64,000 bases of DNA from Fimicolochytrium jonesii (lineage: Eukaryota). Position 1 is the stretch's first letter. The number at the start of each line of letters is the position of its first letter. Positions 1-11,864 of the stretch are shown here, one piece after another. Below the pieces are notes generated by a model. It was not told the origin of the DNA and made no database searches. It saw nothing but the letters and a program-made list of their open reading frames with translations. The DNA is taken from assembly GCF_025526975.1 (NCBI RefSeq), contig NW_026515681.1, positions 248,001-312,000 of the forward strand. The letters run 5' to 3'. A program made the translations under genes and the position numbers.

Positions 1-20
1 TCCGGTCTGTGAAGCCGCCT

Positions 21-3000
21 CTACTTGTGCTTCTTGTTACCCTTTTTGACCCCGCTTCCCGAAGCGCCAGCCCCGGAAGAGTTCGGCCCACTGCTTGATC
101 CTTTTCCGGTGTTGACCGATCCGCCGGTTTGTGTGGCTTTGATGATGTTTTTGAACTGACCGGCGACTTTGGCGGCTTTGCGTCTGTGAGAAAGAAGTAT
201 TGTGAGCACAGCTGCCAGGGAAAATGAAGACCAGATAATGTTGCGAGACTTACTTCTTTCCACCAACGACCTTGCTCGTCAACGGAATGTACGCGAACGG
301 ATCGGGGCCGCCACTCTTCTTGACATCTCCCTTGGCCCTCTTCGCCTTGAACTGCCGTCCAAGCATCTTCTCCACCTCGCCCTTATCCAGACCCACATCC
401 TTCCGCTTGTTCCTACCCTGTCCCCATCCGAGACCGGATGCGGTAGCACCCCGGTTTTCCTCGGCTTCGGGGTCAGCGTCGCCGCGCTTACGTTTTGCTG
501 ATTCGTTGGGTCGGAGGAACTTGACGCGGCCGTCGGCGGTCCGTGTGAAGGCTACTTCGGAGTGGAGCGCGGCCTTGTAGTGGTCCTCCCTGTCCTGTGT
601 CACTTCCATTGCGTCCAGTGCGGCGGTAGCACCGGCCACGCCTTCGCCTTCATCGTCGGAGTCGTTGATCATCAGGCGCCCGTCCTCGTTGCTCTGGAAA
701 TCTGACTGTGCGCTACCGTTCGCGCCGGCTCGCTTGCCTTTCCGTGGAGCGCTGGTCACGCGCGAGACAATACGAGCGTCCAAGAAATCAGCGACATCGT
801 CTTCACCACCCTCTCGAATCCTGGTGCTGCTCGGCGCAGCAGACTTCCCTTTTGACCTTTGCAGGGCGTCTTTGAACCGATCGGGGATGTACTTCTCATC
901 GTCATCATCGTCCGAGTCTTCCGCATCTGTTTCGAGCTCACTCTCACTACCATAGAGCGCATCTTCGAATTGCTTGCGGGCTCCGCCTGCAGCTGCACCC
1001 TTGCCAGCCAACAACGCGGCCTTGCTGGCCTCCCCATCGCTGTCATTCTCTTCTCCAGCCTCCAGCTGCTTGGCAATCCGCTTCTTCTTCTTCTCGCGCT
1101 CTCTCCTCTTCTTGATGTTGACCAGAAGCTTCTTATCGCCTTCAGGTACAAATCCTTCGATGGCCTCGTAACTGAACCGCCTCACTAGCCTCTCAAAGAT
1201 GTGTCGTACTTTCGCCTTGAAGTGGGACTTGTGATTCCGGGAGTGGGTCAAAATCGCAACAACAATGTTCTCCAGCTCGTCCTCCAAAACCTCCTGCCTC
1301 AAACACACGATAACAACCTTCATAAACCCGAGGGCAGCCTTGATGACTTCCCGATTTGTCGTGTTCATGACAAAGTTGATCGTAGACACGAGCTCCCTGA
1401 CGAAACGTTCGTCCATGAGAGGGCCGAACTCGAAGACAAGACGGGACAAGGCGGCAATAGAGGCACTCTGCATCGTCGAGGTTTCACCAGCCAAACCGGC
1501 GATGACCATAGTGAAGAACTCGGACAGGTTGATCTTCTTCGCTGGGTCTTCGTCGACTTCGCCTTCCGTGTCCATCCTCCCTTCCGATGTCGGATCGCCG
1601 ACGCCGCCGTCTTCAAGCATCTTGTTGCCCATTGCAACGAGACACTCGTAAGCAGCATTACGTGCCTTCTCGCTAGCTTCCTTTGTGGCGAGCATGACTT
1701 CCGACAAGGAGATGGGAATGAATTGCAGAAGCAAAGCTTTCTCCGTAAGCGGGATGGCGTTGCAGATCCATTGAAGGAGTTGAATACGAGCATTCTTCGC
1801 GCCAGAGGAAGCTTTCGACAGAACCTCCGGGTCCAGAACACGTTCGATCAGTTCCTCCAAGCCAAGTAACGCGCGGGGAAGCTTGGGAACGACCTGGTTG
1901 AGGCACTTATACGTGCGCTTCTGCATAGTAGGATCCGACTCGCGCAATTGACCGGTCAGGACCTTGTAGAACAGGAGAAGCGGGGAATCAGCGGGGAGAG
2001 CGGCATCCCCAGATTTCGAGCGGTTCTTGACCTCGGGGAGGAAAGGTAGCAGGATAAGGAGCAGGTCCAAAATGGCGTAGTCGCGCAACCTCTCTAGTTG
2101 CACAGCTGGTGATACTTTCGTTGCCTGCTCTGTTTGTTGCTCCTGGTGAGACTGCGACTGCAGTAATGTAGTGACAAGGTTCAAGAAGTAGCTGGTGACC
2201 GCCTTCTCTTCCGCAATCAGTAAAAGAGCGCCGATCGTCCGGGCGTAGCGCTGCGTCTCCCGTTCATGTAGGGCTTGTAGTTGTTGACCTTTCGCTTTCG
2301 AAGTTTGGAGCAGATCCGGGTTGACAGTCGTGTAGTTGTTGCAAATGACGCTGAGGAAGCGGTTGGCGTACTCCATCAATCGCGCGATGCCATCGGTGGC
2401 GAGTTTCAGTTCAGCAGCATTGTCGGCCGAGAGGCTGACGACTTCCTCGTATCCTTCAATCAGGCATACGATTGCATCGCACACGGTGGGCCTGAAATCG
2501 GGATTAGACGGCAGGTTGGCATACGCCTCGGTAGGTTGCGCCTGCAGAATCTTTCCGAAGAACGGCGCCACAACCGAAAATGACGAGTGTACATCGGACG
2601 GCACGGTTGAGCAGATAGCCGGAACCATAGCCCAGATCTGAGCCCCAAGCGTTTCGTACAGCTTAGCTTCCACTTCGCGCTTGGCCGTCCATGACGCACC
2701 ACTCTTCTCCAGCAATCGTTGTGCGAGCGGTAGGAGCGTCGTTCCGAGGAACCGAAGAGAGTGTGGGCCGTAACGGGTCTTGTTGGAACGCTTAGGTAAG
2801 GGGCGGTTGAGGGCCTCCACGAAGGTGGCAAGTAGGTATGGTCTCCGCGTGGCGTTGGATGTGGAATCGACCTCAATGTTCAGAGGGATCCACTCAACAA
2901 ACGTCTCGAGGCCGATAGCCTGAACAGCCGCGTGCAATGACACTTCCAACTCCTCCTTGTAAGGGAAGCTTCCTCCATACGCACGATCGTCACGGAAAGC

Positions 3001-4479
3001 GATGATATTGACAAGGGTCGTCTTCATGACGGTAGGTTTACGCGAGCCTACAGAGTCGAACAGAGCCTCGGCGAGGCGAAGAATGCCGCCCCAAGCGGCG
3101 CGATATCGGATATCCGTGAGTCCCGAGTTGACCACGTACAGGAGGGTCAGCAACTGCGAGTCGGTCGTATCGGCTACCGGTTTGACACCCTGAACGACTG
3201 GTGCCACAATCATCGAGTCGGTGATACAATTCCTGAACATGTCCGCGAACACATCCGCGGCCTTCGCGAGGATAACGGGCTTTGTTGACTGTTGCCCTAG
3301 GACCTTTTCGAAGAGTGTGGAGAACGTACCGACGAGAAGCTCGGGGTAGTCTTGGAGTGCATACTGCCACTCCTCGGACGACAACGTGGTGGCTTTTGTG
3401 TTCTCTACGTCGTTCACGAGTTCCGCTAGTTTGCGGAATCCACGTCCGATCAAAGCCAGCCAGGTCGGGATGAGGGTAGCATCGTTTTGGTATGGCCGGA
3501 TCTCCAGCAACGCGCGGATGACAGAATCCAATAGCTCCACGTCAAGTTCAGGGAAGATGCCGTCTTTATCTGCGTCGGCGCCGAAAAGTGCGTCCAAAAC
3601 GGAGAAGATCCATTGAGTAAGAACCGTGTTGCCCGTACCGGAGGACCGTACCGGAAGTCTCAGCAGCTTCTCGCACAGCTCATGAAGCTTTCCACTGGTG
3701 CGACCGTGTCCACCCTGCAGCGCTAGAGAGGGGATTACGGCCTTGAGGAACACCAAAACGTGCAAAACGTTCTGTTCAGACTCCTTCCTATCGTTGGCGG
3801 ACCCAGTGCCTTCGACGGATTGTGTGTACTCTTCAAGCCCTCGAACGGCGAATTCGATTATTGTCAGCGTCGCGGGGTGGTGAACGCTGGGCGGCGGAGG
3901 GTGCGCCAATAGTCTCCTGATGGCCTCGTGCGCCCTACGCCTTACTTTGGGCCGTCCGTCGACCGACATAATCAACAGGACCTGCATTAACTTCCGGCAA
4001 TTCACATCGCTCGTCCAGCGCTGACTATCCTGAGCAGCAAGTAAGAACTCAAAGCATGCTAAAACAGCCCTCACAAGAGGCTGGTCTTCCTGGTACATTT
4101 CAAGTATTACTCCAACGGTTTTCGCAATGTCTTCAAACTTAAGCTTCAGAATGGCGGAAGGAACTCGAGGGAAAACGATGGCCAGCAGGTAGGTAGCTGC
4201 AGCCACTAACCCTTGGGCTTCTGGTACAGCTTCTCCGCCAGTGGCTTGCTGAGACAGAATAGTCATGAGGGCTCCAAAGTACGCAAGCGGCGTCAGTTGT
4301 TCTCCTTGCTCCGTGATTGTCTCCTCCACAGCGGCAAGAATCAGAGCCGCCTGCTTCTGGTTGTCCAGTCCACTGTTCGTTTGCGTCCGAATCTTGACAA
4401 AGAGGTCGTTCGAGGCGAAGGTGAGGTCCCTCCCGGCCGAGTCGGGCACCAGGCCTCCCAGTGCTTCGGGCGAGGCCAT
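21..4479 (-). CDS. RRP12: Ribosome biogenesis protein Rrp12 (HEAT/ARM repeat, NUC173 region); 2 exons (4479-254, 183-21)
   Basis: 1409-aa ORF with Rrp12-type segments (IRTQTNSGLDNQKQ, DGRPKVRRRAHEAI, HFKAKVRHIFERLVRRF, AKGDVKKSGGPDPFAYIPL). A GTAAG...CAG intron at 253-184 joins it in frame to a basic C-terminal exon ending KKHK. Confidence 0.95.
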
Positions 4480-4741
4480 TTCGAACGTGGCTTGCCGGAA
4501 AGTCGGGGTAGGCTTGCCCGCGGAGAGGTCCTAAAGACTCGTTTAGGAGTTTCGCAATGATAACCTCCCTTGCTGTCGCTTTCGGGGAGGAGAAAACACT
4601 CCAAGCGCTTTCTACGTATTTGTGGAGTAAAGACCAAATGCACCTTGTGAGGTCAATGGCGAGAAAATCAGGGCTCGTTTGACGAACAGGAAAAATGGGA
4701 ACGAGGCAAAGAACTCAAAACGCGTGAAGAACGACGCCGGA

Positions 4742-4749
4742 TCACGTGA
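4742..4749. promoter_or_regulatory. TCACGTGA E-box (Cbf1/bHLH-type site) in the divergent promoter between RRP12 and the cyclase-like gene
   Basis: Exact palindromic octamer about 260 bp upstream of the RRP12 ATG. A single motif, so function is not shown. Confidence 0.3.
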
Positions 4750-5183
4750 CATGCCCTTTTTATGTCATCCGCGTTCAAGCAAACTCCGGCGGGCTGGGCG
4801 AAAGCATGACCTGAACTCCCCTTCGGCTCCCTGATGAACAATAGGAGAAAGCGCGGTTTGGGGGAAGCTACTTCTCATTAGAACATCGGAGATGGAGGGC
4901 TGAGGGTTGCGCTTTGAATCAACGGACCTATCCAATCTCGGAGGGGTTGAATTGTATTGCGTTCAAGCGAAATTGAGGTCCGTTGATTCCGCGCATTCCA
5001 TGGGTAGAAACGTGACGCCTCACAAACAAGCTCAGGCTGAAGCGGACTTCGGAGCCTATGATTTGCGACCCTTCGTGATATCCGTTCGTATAAGGCGTAG
5101 GATGTGTATCGGTCGCCCACACAGCTTTTGAACTTAGTCTTTCCGCAGTGATCCCCAGCAGTACCCCATCAAGCACGAGAGCC

Positions 5184-7483
5184 ATGTCAACGTCCGTTGC
5201 TCAACAGCCCGATTTGGGGTCGCAGGTGCTTGCCAAGACACATTACGGCAGCCGTCTCAAGGACGCCTTGATTCGGGATCGTGAGGTCAAGGAACAGAAA
5301 CTAGGCGCCCAGCGCAAGCTCGGGAGGTTCAATGACGAAGAAGGTGGGGGACGGAGATCTCGTTCATGAAATGACTTGCCACTGTCCGATCGACTTCTCA
5401 ATCAATTTAACTTTCACAGTCACCGTTTTTGAAGCAAACGTCAAGGAAGCTAGGCTGCTCTATGAGCAGCAACTTGAGGAGCGGCGCCATGCGGAGGAAC
5501 GTCAGCGGGAAGCTGCTGCAGACATCCTGGCATCTGAAGCGCGGAAGAAGGATTTGATCGGTTTAGGTGCGTCCGGATACATCATTTGAAATCATCCAAG
5601 TCGTCACGGCTAACAACGCATATTCTCATCTCTACGCGCTATTAGCATCTCGCATCCAAGCGTTCAAGATCCAGGTGATGAATCAAAACCAAGCCCGCGA
5701 ACGCGAATTGGACTTCCGCGCGGCCACGAAGCAGAAGCGTGAGGCATTCACTCAACGGGTGAAAGTCATCGAGCAAGCGCAAGCTGCCGAGCGTCAGGAG
5801 CTTGTCGACGCGCAGGAGCGTATCGCTAGGAACTTGAAGATCATTCATGCTCTCGAGATGCGGGAAATGTCGGAGAAAGATATTGCCAAGAAGAAGACGG
5901 AGTATCAGCTGGAATATGAGCAATTGAAAATGAGGCAGCAGAAGGAGGCTGAGCAGTTGAGGGAGCTGCAGGTACACTACAGGGCATTATTTCCTGGAGC
6001 TTGACCCGCCGCTTTAGACCTTGGGCTCACTATGCCTCCCCACTAGTTACTCAAAGTCCGCCACATGTCCGAGCAAATGGATCTGGAGCTACTCAGTTCG
6101 GCCGAGATCGAAGAAATGATCGGGGAACACAAAGATCGTGAAGACCTATACCTGGCGAGAAAGTACATCGAGAAAGCCGCCGAATCCACCAAACTCGATC
6201 GTCAGCAGGCCCAGCTCAAAGCGCTGCAACTCAAAGAAGAGCAGAAGCTCGTGCAAGGGCAGTTGCTCCATTCGCAGGTCCGCCAGCGCAAGATGCTCGA
6301 GCGGACTCAAAAAAGCTCGGCGAGGTTGCGTGAACGAGCGGCGTTGGACGATGCCATGTCGACGATGGGGGAAGCCATCAACGGGGTTAAACACCGTGCG
6401 AGCGAGTTTGACGGGAGTGAGATGCAATCCTCCGCCATCGAGTCGTCGGACATGGACCCTTCCGAAGCCTCAAGCAATGTGGGCGATGTTGAGGCCGCCA
6501 CTGGGGGGGAAGGCTCAACTCAAGCGGAGGACATGGAGAAGCGCCGCAAGCAGCGTACGGCCGGCGATGCCGCCACGGAGCTCAAAGAAGCGTTTGCCAA
6601 GGGCATGCAGCGTCTCCGAGCCCTTGACATAGACCAAAAGAAAGGTCTTGATCAGCTGCGCCAGCAACACAAAGACCAGGTCCACCAACGTATCCGCGAG
6701 AGCAAGCGCAAACAGACTCAGTTGCTGAAAGACCAGGAAGATGAAGTCAGGAGTATCCGCACCGAGCATGCACAGGACATGCAGGAGCTGTGTGAGCTCA
6801 TCCTCCAGTCTCAGGAACTGCAACGTGCTCAACGCCAGGTGGACTTCCAAGGCAAGACCGACACCTCTAGCTCGATTGTCGAGAACATCATGCCGGCCGA
6901 GTTCATGCAGGCCATTAGGGAGGGATCGCGACCCGCCCCAGTGACCTACGAGAACGCGGTAGTGGTCCGCACCGCAATCGCCGACTACAACTCGTTGAAG
7001 CCGGCACAAAGCGTCACGCTTTTGCAGCGCATGTACGGAGCATTCGAGGAAGTCCTGAAGGAGTTCCCGGGTGCCGTGAAGGTCGCGAGCGTTGGCGACA
7101 TGTACGAGATCTGCGTCGGCCTTACGCATAAGAACGCTGATGATAACGCACCAGATGTCGCTGCCACCGCCCTCGACCTCGCCACCCGCTTAGCCTCTAG
7201 CTTTTCCGCTCTGTACGTGTCGGATTTGAACATCCCCGCCGGGAAGGTATCGTTGAAGATCGGAGTCGATCGCGGTGTCGTGAAGGCCGGTCTATTGGGC
7301 AGCAGAGTCCCGCAGTTTGTCGTGCATGGTGTACCGGTCGAGCGCGCGAAACAGCTGTCGCAGGCGGCGGAACCGGGCCACATCTTGCTTGCGAAGGATT
7401 TGAAGGATAGGATGGACCAGCGCTACAAATTTGAGAAGTTTGGAAATGGAGATCTCTTCCGCTTGGTGCCTCCATCTCACTAG
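5184..7483 (+). CDS. Long coiled-coil protein with a C-terminal degenerate class III (adenylate/guanylate) cyclase domain; about 4 exons
   Basis: E/Q/R/K-rich heptad-like exons (about 5184-5340, 5420-5560, 5646-5971, 6047-7483). The C-terminus aligns by eye to the cyclase homology domain (IVENIMPAEF..., YENAVVVRTAIADYN, KVASVGDMY, LKIGVDRGVVKAGLLGSRVPQFVVHG). The first donor site is ambiguous. Confidence 0.8.
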
Positions 7484-8062
7484 TGCTCTGTGTTTGAATG
7501 TTTGAATGAGGAGCAGCTGGCCCACCCCTCATGGAACCATGTATTCGCTTCATTACGCTTGTAGCGCTCTGTATTTTGTTGCATCAGAATCACGAAATTC
7601 TTAAATGATCGACCTTTCCTCTTGTTCTACCATCCGTGGCATAGATCTTGTTGCTTCTGACACTCGGGACCTTGGTCTATGTAGGATACTTGTGAACAAG
7701 CTGTCCCCGCTGGAGGAGTTTCGGGACGCGTTGTGACAGCACACGGTTGTCACGTTTGACAGCGTAGGTGAAATGCTGGTCCACCCCTTTCCGATGTCGA
7801 TGGCCGTCGCTCCGGCAAGCCCACACCACTTGTCCACTCCACGCTGTGCACCATGCAGGTAAGTGGGTCAACGGTAGGTACCTTCTTGTGCATACATACG
7901 GCGAAAATGTGTATATAAAACCCACATTTTCCAGCGTCTTCCGACCGGGTCAACACCTCGTCTCGTCTCTGTAGCGTTTCTGGAGCCCTTCATTGCACCT
8001 CACTTCTAAGCGAATCTCCAAAACACAGCGCTCCCAACATCTTTCGCTACAGATATCCAGTC

Positions 8063-9555
8063 ATGGTAGCAGCAGTCCTGCAATCCCGCACCCTCGTGCG
8101 AGCCAAAGCACCCTTAGCCCCGTTCGCCAACACATCCGTCCCGCTCTCACCTATGGACGTCGCAGTGGGCCGGTATTCATTCCCTCTGCTCTACATCTTC
8201 GCAGCGCCTGATGCGCCGCACGAGGCCTTCCAGCACGAGAAGCTCCGGGAAACGCTCAGCGATACCCTATCTGTATATCCCCATCTGGCCGGACGCGTCG
8301 ACCCTGAAACCGACGAAAACCGGGGAACGGTGAATGTGCGATGCAACAACGCAGGGGCCGAGTTCGTTCCCGCGACGTGTGACGGCAGCCTCGCCGATTT
8401 CGCGCCGTCAGCGACTGATTCGGGGGCTAGAGTCAACTCGTCGGACATGGCACAGCTACCCACCGGCCTGATGCCCCAGTCGTCAAACCCCCAAGCGCCG
8501 GCACGCGAGCAGCCCTTATTGATCGTCCAATGCACGGTCTTCAAATGCGGCGGGCTGGCCATCGCTCTGAACATCAACCACCGGATGCTGGACGGGGAGG
8601 GCGGGTTCAACTTTGTAGAAGCGTGGGGCGCCGCGTACAGAGGGGTCAGTGTCCCAGTTCCATCGCACGACCGGCACCTCCTCTTTTCGCGGGGTGGGGT
8701 AGCCACGTTCCCGCACGCAGAGTACAAGAACGCTGCATCCCCACCGTCTCCACCGTTCCCTGACCCGATCCCCAAGACGAAAGCCAAACTGTTCCACTTT
8801 TCCGCTGTCGAACTAGGGAAATTGAAGTCCGATGCATTGGGGATGGAGAAGCTGGAGACCGTGGAGCCCGCGCCGTACGTCTCGACCATCGACGTGCTGA
8901 CCGCTCTCCTCGTCGTCTTGCTATCCCGCGCGCGTAAAGCCGCCGGAGTCGATTTCTCCAGCAGTAGCATCCATCTGAACACAGGCATCAACGCCCGCCG
9001 GCGGCTTGTGCCGGAGCTTCCGGGTCGATACGCTGGGAACGCCATCTTCAACGCGCGATCATCGCATCCGGCCACCGATGTTCTGGATGGGCAGTACCCA
9101 GCAGCAGTGGCGTTGGCGGCGCACAGGATCCGGAAGGCGGTGCTGCAGATGACGGATGCGTACCTCCGGTCGGCGGTGGAGTACGTTGCTGCTACGGAGC
9201 CCGACCCGTCGGCAGTGACGTTGGCGGTGGACTACTTTTTTGGGAAGGTGAGTTCGACGCACTTCTTGAACGGATGAGTACGTGGGGTTCGCTTTACTGA
9301 TATTGCCGCATTGCTTAGGATTTCCTGATGCCCAGCTGGGCCAACCTAGGCCTTCTCGACCCCGATTTCGGGTCCGGACAAGCGGTGTACGCCGGGCCGC
9401 CCAATTTCTCCGTGGCCGACGGTTTCGTCGTCGTTTTGAACTCCGCGCGATGGGCTCGCTCTGAAAAGGGCCTTTCCTGCTATGTGTCGATGGAGGAGAC
9501 GGCCATGACATCTTTCGAAGAGGCATTAGGACAATGGCGAACGCAGATTTTATAG
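8063..9555 (+). CDS. BAHD/transferase-family acyl-CoA-dependent acyltransferase; 2 exons (8063-9247, 9319-9555)
   Basis: Catalytic HXXXD motif (NHRMLDG), YPHLAGR, N-A-R-R-R-L...YAGNAI, and DFGSG (variant of DFGWG) in exon 2. GTGAGT...TAG intron at 9248-9318. Confidence 0.9.
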
Positions 9556-9788
9556 GGCATATTTGGAGATGGAGAGTTTCTAGATTCCCCCACTCTTCTT
9601 ATCTATGTACGCCGTATAGTATGTACATATGGGAGGCAGCAAACTCCACATCTACGAATCCACATTTACTAGACTACAATTATCACTGTTCACTTCTTAT
9701 GTGTGTCTGGAGATAGCTTATTCTGATGCAAAGGATGCGTTGAAGCAAGACCGGGTATATATATATACCGCAACCCCCGCCAAAGCCA

Positions 9789-11864
9789 TCATTCCCTCGG
9801 ACTTCGGGTCCGTTTCCCCAGCTCGACAACGTCCTCCTCGTCCATCGCGTCCGGTGAGACAACGTCCGCCTTGCTCGCTCTCCAAATCCTTAGCACCTCC
9901 TCTATCCGTCCCATATACACGGCAACTGTCTCCTCGGGCTCCTCAACAACGATATCCTTCAAAAACTGGCGTTCGTCGTCGTCGGCGGGTCGGGTGTCTT
10001 TGAATTCCCACTCGTCGCCCTTTCTAACCACCGCGCGATAGCCGATGGCACTCAGTCGGTTTGTCGCTTTTTCAAACTTTCCCACGCCCAACTGATGAAA
10101 CAGCGGGCTAGGCGGGCACGGCAGCCCCGTTTGTGCGGCCTTGCGTGTATATGCCACATGGTCGTCCAGGACGCGCATGAGCACGTTCATCGTCAACTCG
10201 CGAACATGGCCGAAAAACATCCGGCACATCACCAGCCGTTTCGCGACATGCCAGCGCGCTCCGTAATACGCGCAGATTCGGGGTAACATCGTGTGGAGGT
10301 TATCCGGTGTGGCATCTTCCCATCTGCGCCCTGCGTCAGCGTCCGAGTCCAGAACTCGCATGGCGATGTAGCTGCGGAGGTGGCCAGGATCGTACAGGGT
10401 GTGGGGTCCTGCTCTTGTTGCTGGCCCGTCTTCGGGGGTCATCATCCCCTCCAGCTCCTTCTGATTCCGCTCCGCCCAGGCATGGGCCGTGTGATTCAAC
10501 ATGTGCCACGAGTTGACCTCGGGATTGTTCTCCATCCACTGAGGGCAGCCTAAGAACTTGAAAGTCCCTTCTACCACGCATTGCTTGGTCGCTTGGATAA
10601 GCGCCCATGTAGGAGCCGGGAGGTCGTCGATGCAGAGGCGGGTCGCCGGGGAAGAGGAATGGTTCTCGTCCCAGAGGTGCCAGACAGCCACTTTGGATTT
10701 TACGTTGCCGAGCCTCTTGTGGCTCAATGAACAAGTCGCTCGTCCCTCAACGAACATTTCAAGTGGCCGCCAGCGGCCTGCTCGAAACTTTCCGCCAGCT
10801 CCACAGTCCGAGCAAAGAGCGTACTTATTGAGACAAGCTTTGCAGTTAAGCTCGATCGCACAGCTCGCTGCAATCCATGCTTCGCGTTTACCTCCCCCAT
10901 CATCGTCAGTCGTCCGCCTGAACCCCCCAGCAGCACAAACATTCTTGCAGATATCGCAACGCGCCGGTGCATCGCGGGGTTCGAACTGAGCATGCCGCTT
11001 CTTTTGCATCACCTGTCGCTGAGTCTTCTTGTCATCCCACGCGGTGCCTTGGGCGCATCGTTTGCATGCATAGTCCTGGACGTGCCGATTCGCAATGTCC
11101 GCGGCGGCGTACAGGTGTGCAACTCCGAGACTCTCGCCACAGACGCGACATGCGATCTCCACCTTCTTCGCGCGGCACTTTGTGGATTGTGCGCCAACGC
11201 CACGTTTTCTCCACATTGAACTTGAAGATTGATGCGTCGCTGATGCCAGCTTTCGATTTGTAGTGCCGCTGGTCGTCTGCATCCGAACATCATTCGCAGG
11301 ATCCGCACAAGGATCGAACGAACTAGCGCCGTCGGAAAGTAACGAATCCAGTGAGTCGGCAGACGCCGTCGGAAGGCTGCCACCCGCACCAAAGGGACTC
11401 AATTCGGCAAATGAATAAGGCGACGTCGCCAGAGACTCGCCGTCCACAAACTCGCCAGCGGAAACAAACGAAGGCCAAGCGAGCCCGCCATCCAAGTTGT
11501 CGGCCGGCTGCAACAAGCTGTCCAGCGCCTTCCAGCCGGCGAGAGTGGTATCCTCTGCCCCGACGTGTGGGAGCCCACAGGGATCAGAGGCCCATTGTTC
11601 CGGCTGCCCCGCCGAGAAGTTCAACGTCTCCAACCCCTGGTTTACAAGTGACACTCCGTCTCCCTCGAATGGATATAGCTGCTGCGGGTGACCAAGTCCA
11701 CATGCCGCTCCGGTCTGGGATTGCTGCTGCTGCTGCTGTTGTTGCTGATGAGCAAGTTCAAGTTCAATCCTCTTCAGCTCTTTCTCTTCCTGCAACAGCC
11801 TGATGACGAGCTCCAGCCTCTCGTTCGACGGGTTGCTTCCTAGAAGCTCGGTAAGCCGGGACAT
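9789..11864 (-). CDS. Uncharacterised ~690-aa protein with N-terminal coiled coil/polyQ, acidic disordered region and central multi-CxxC (putative Zn-binding) domain
   Basis: Long uninterrupted ORF, probable start MSRLTELL at 11864. Contains CRVC, CKRC, CDICKNVC, CKAC, CSDCGAGG and CSLSH, plus basic NLS-like patches (WRKRG, QKKRH, GKRTR). Confidence 0.75.
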   Translation of the reverse strand: MSRLTELLGSNPSNERLELVIRLLQEEKELKRIELELAHQQQQQQQQQSQTGAACGLGHPQQLYPFEGDGVSLVNQGLETLNFSAGQPEQWASDPCGLPHVGAEDTTLAGWKALDSLLQPADNLDGGLAWPSFVSAGEFVDGESLATSPYSFAELSPFGAGGSLPTASADSLDSLLSDGASSFDPCADPANDVRMQTTSGTTNRKLASATHQSSSSMWRKRGVGAQSTKCRAKKVEIACRVCGESLGVAHLYAAADIANRHVQDYACKRCAQGTAWDDKKTQRQVMQKKRHAQFEPRDAPARCDICKNVCAAGGFRRTTDDDGGGKREAWIAASCAIELNCKACLNKYALCSDCGAGGKFRAGRWRPLEMFVEGRATCSLSHKRLGNVKSKVAVWHLWDENHSSSPATRLCIDDLPAPTWALIQATKQCVVEGTFKFLGCPQWMENNPEVNSWHMLNHTAHAWAERNQKELEGMMTPEDGPATRAGPHTLYDPGHLRSYIAMRVLDSDADAGRRWEDATPDNLHTMLPRICAYYGARWHVAKRLVMCRMFFGHVRELTMNVLMRVLDDHVAYTRKAAQTGLPCPPSPLFHQLGVGKFEKATNRLSAIGYRAVVRKGDEWEFKDTRPADDDERQFLKDIVVEEPEETVAVYMGRIEEVLRIWRASKADVVSPDAMDEEDVVELGKRTRSPRE

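Noticed and set aside
1201..1869. 222-aa plus-strand ORF and the many other ORFs antisense to long genes (e.g. 8191-9075, 26122-26991, 48102-48929, 55880-56842)
   Set aside because: They are shadow ORFs produced by GC-rich codon usage on the opposite strand of well-supported genes and contain no motifs.
5314..5419. Possible GC-AG intron (C|GCAAGC donor) in the cyclase-like gene
   Set aside because: A canonical GT donor at 5344 gives the same phase and a normal intron length. The two cannot be distinguished without cDNA.
7601..7974. Short ORFs between the cyclase-like gene and the BAHD gene
   Set aside because: No recognisable domain, no coding bias and no consistent splice model.
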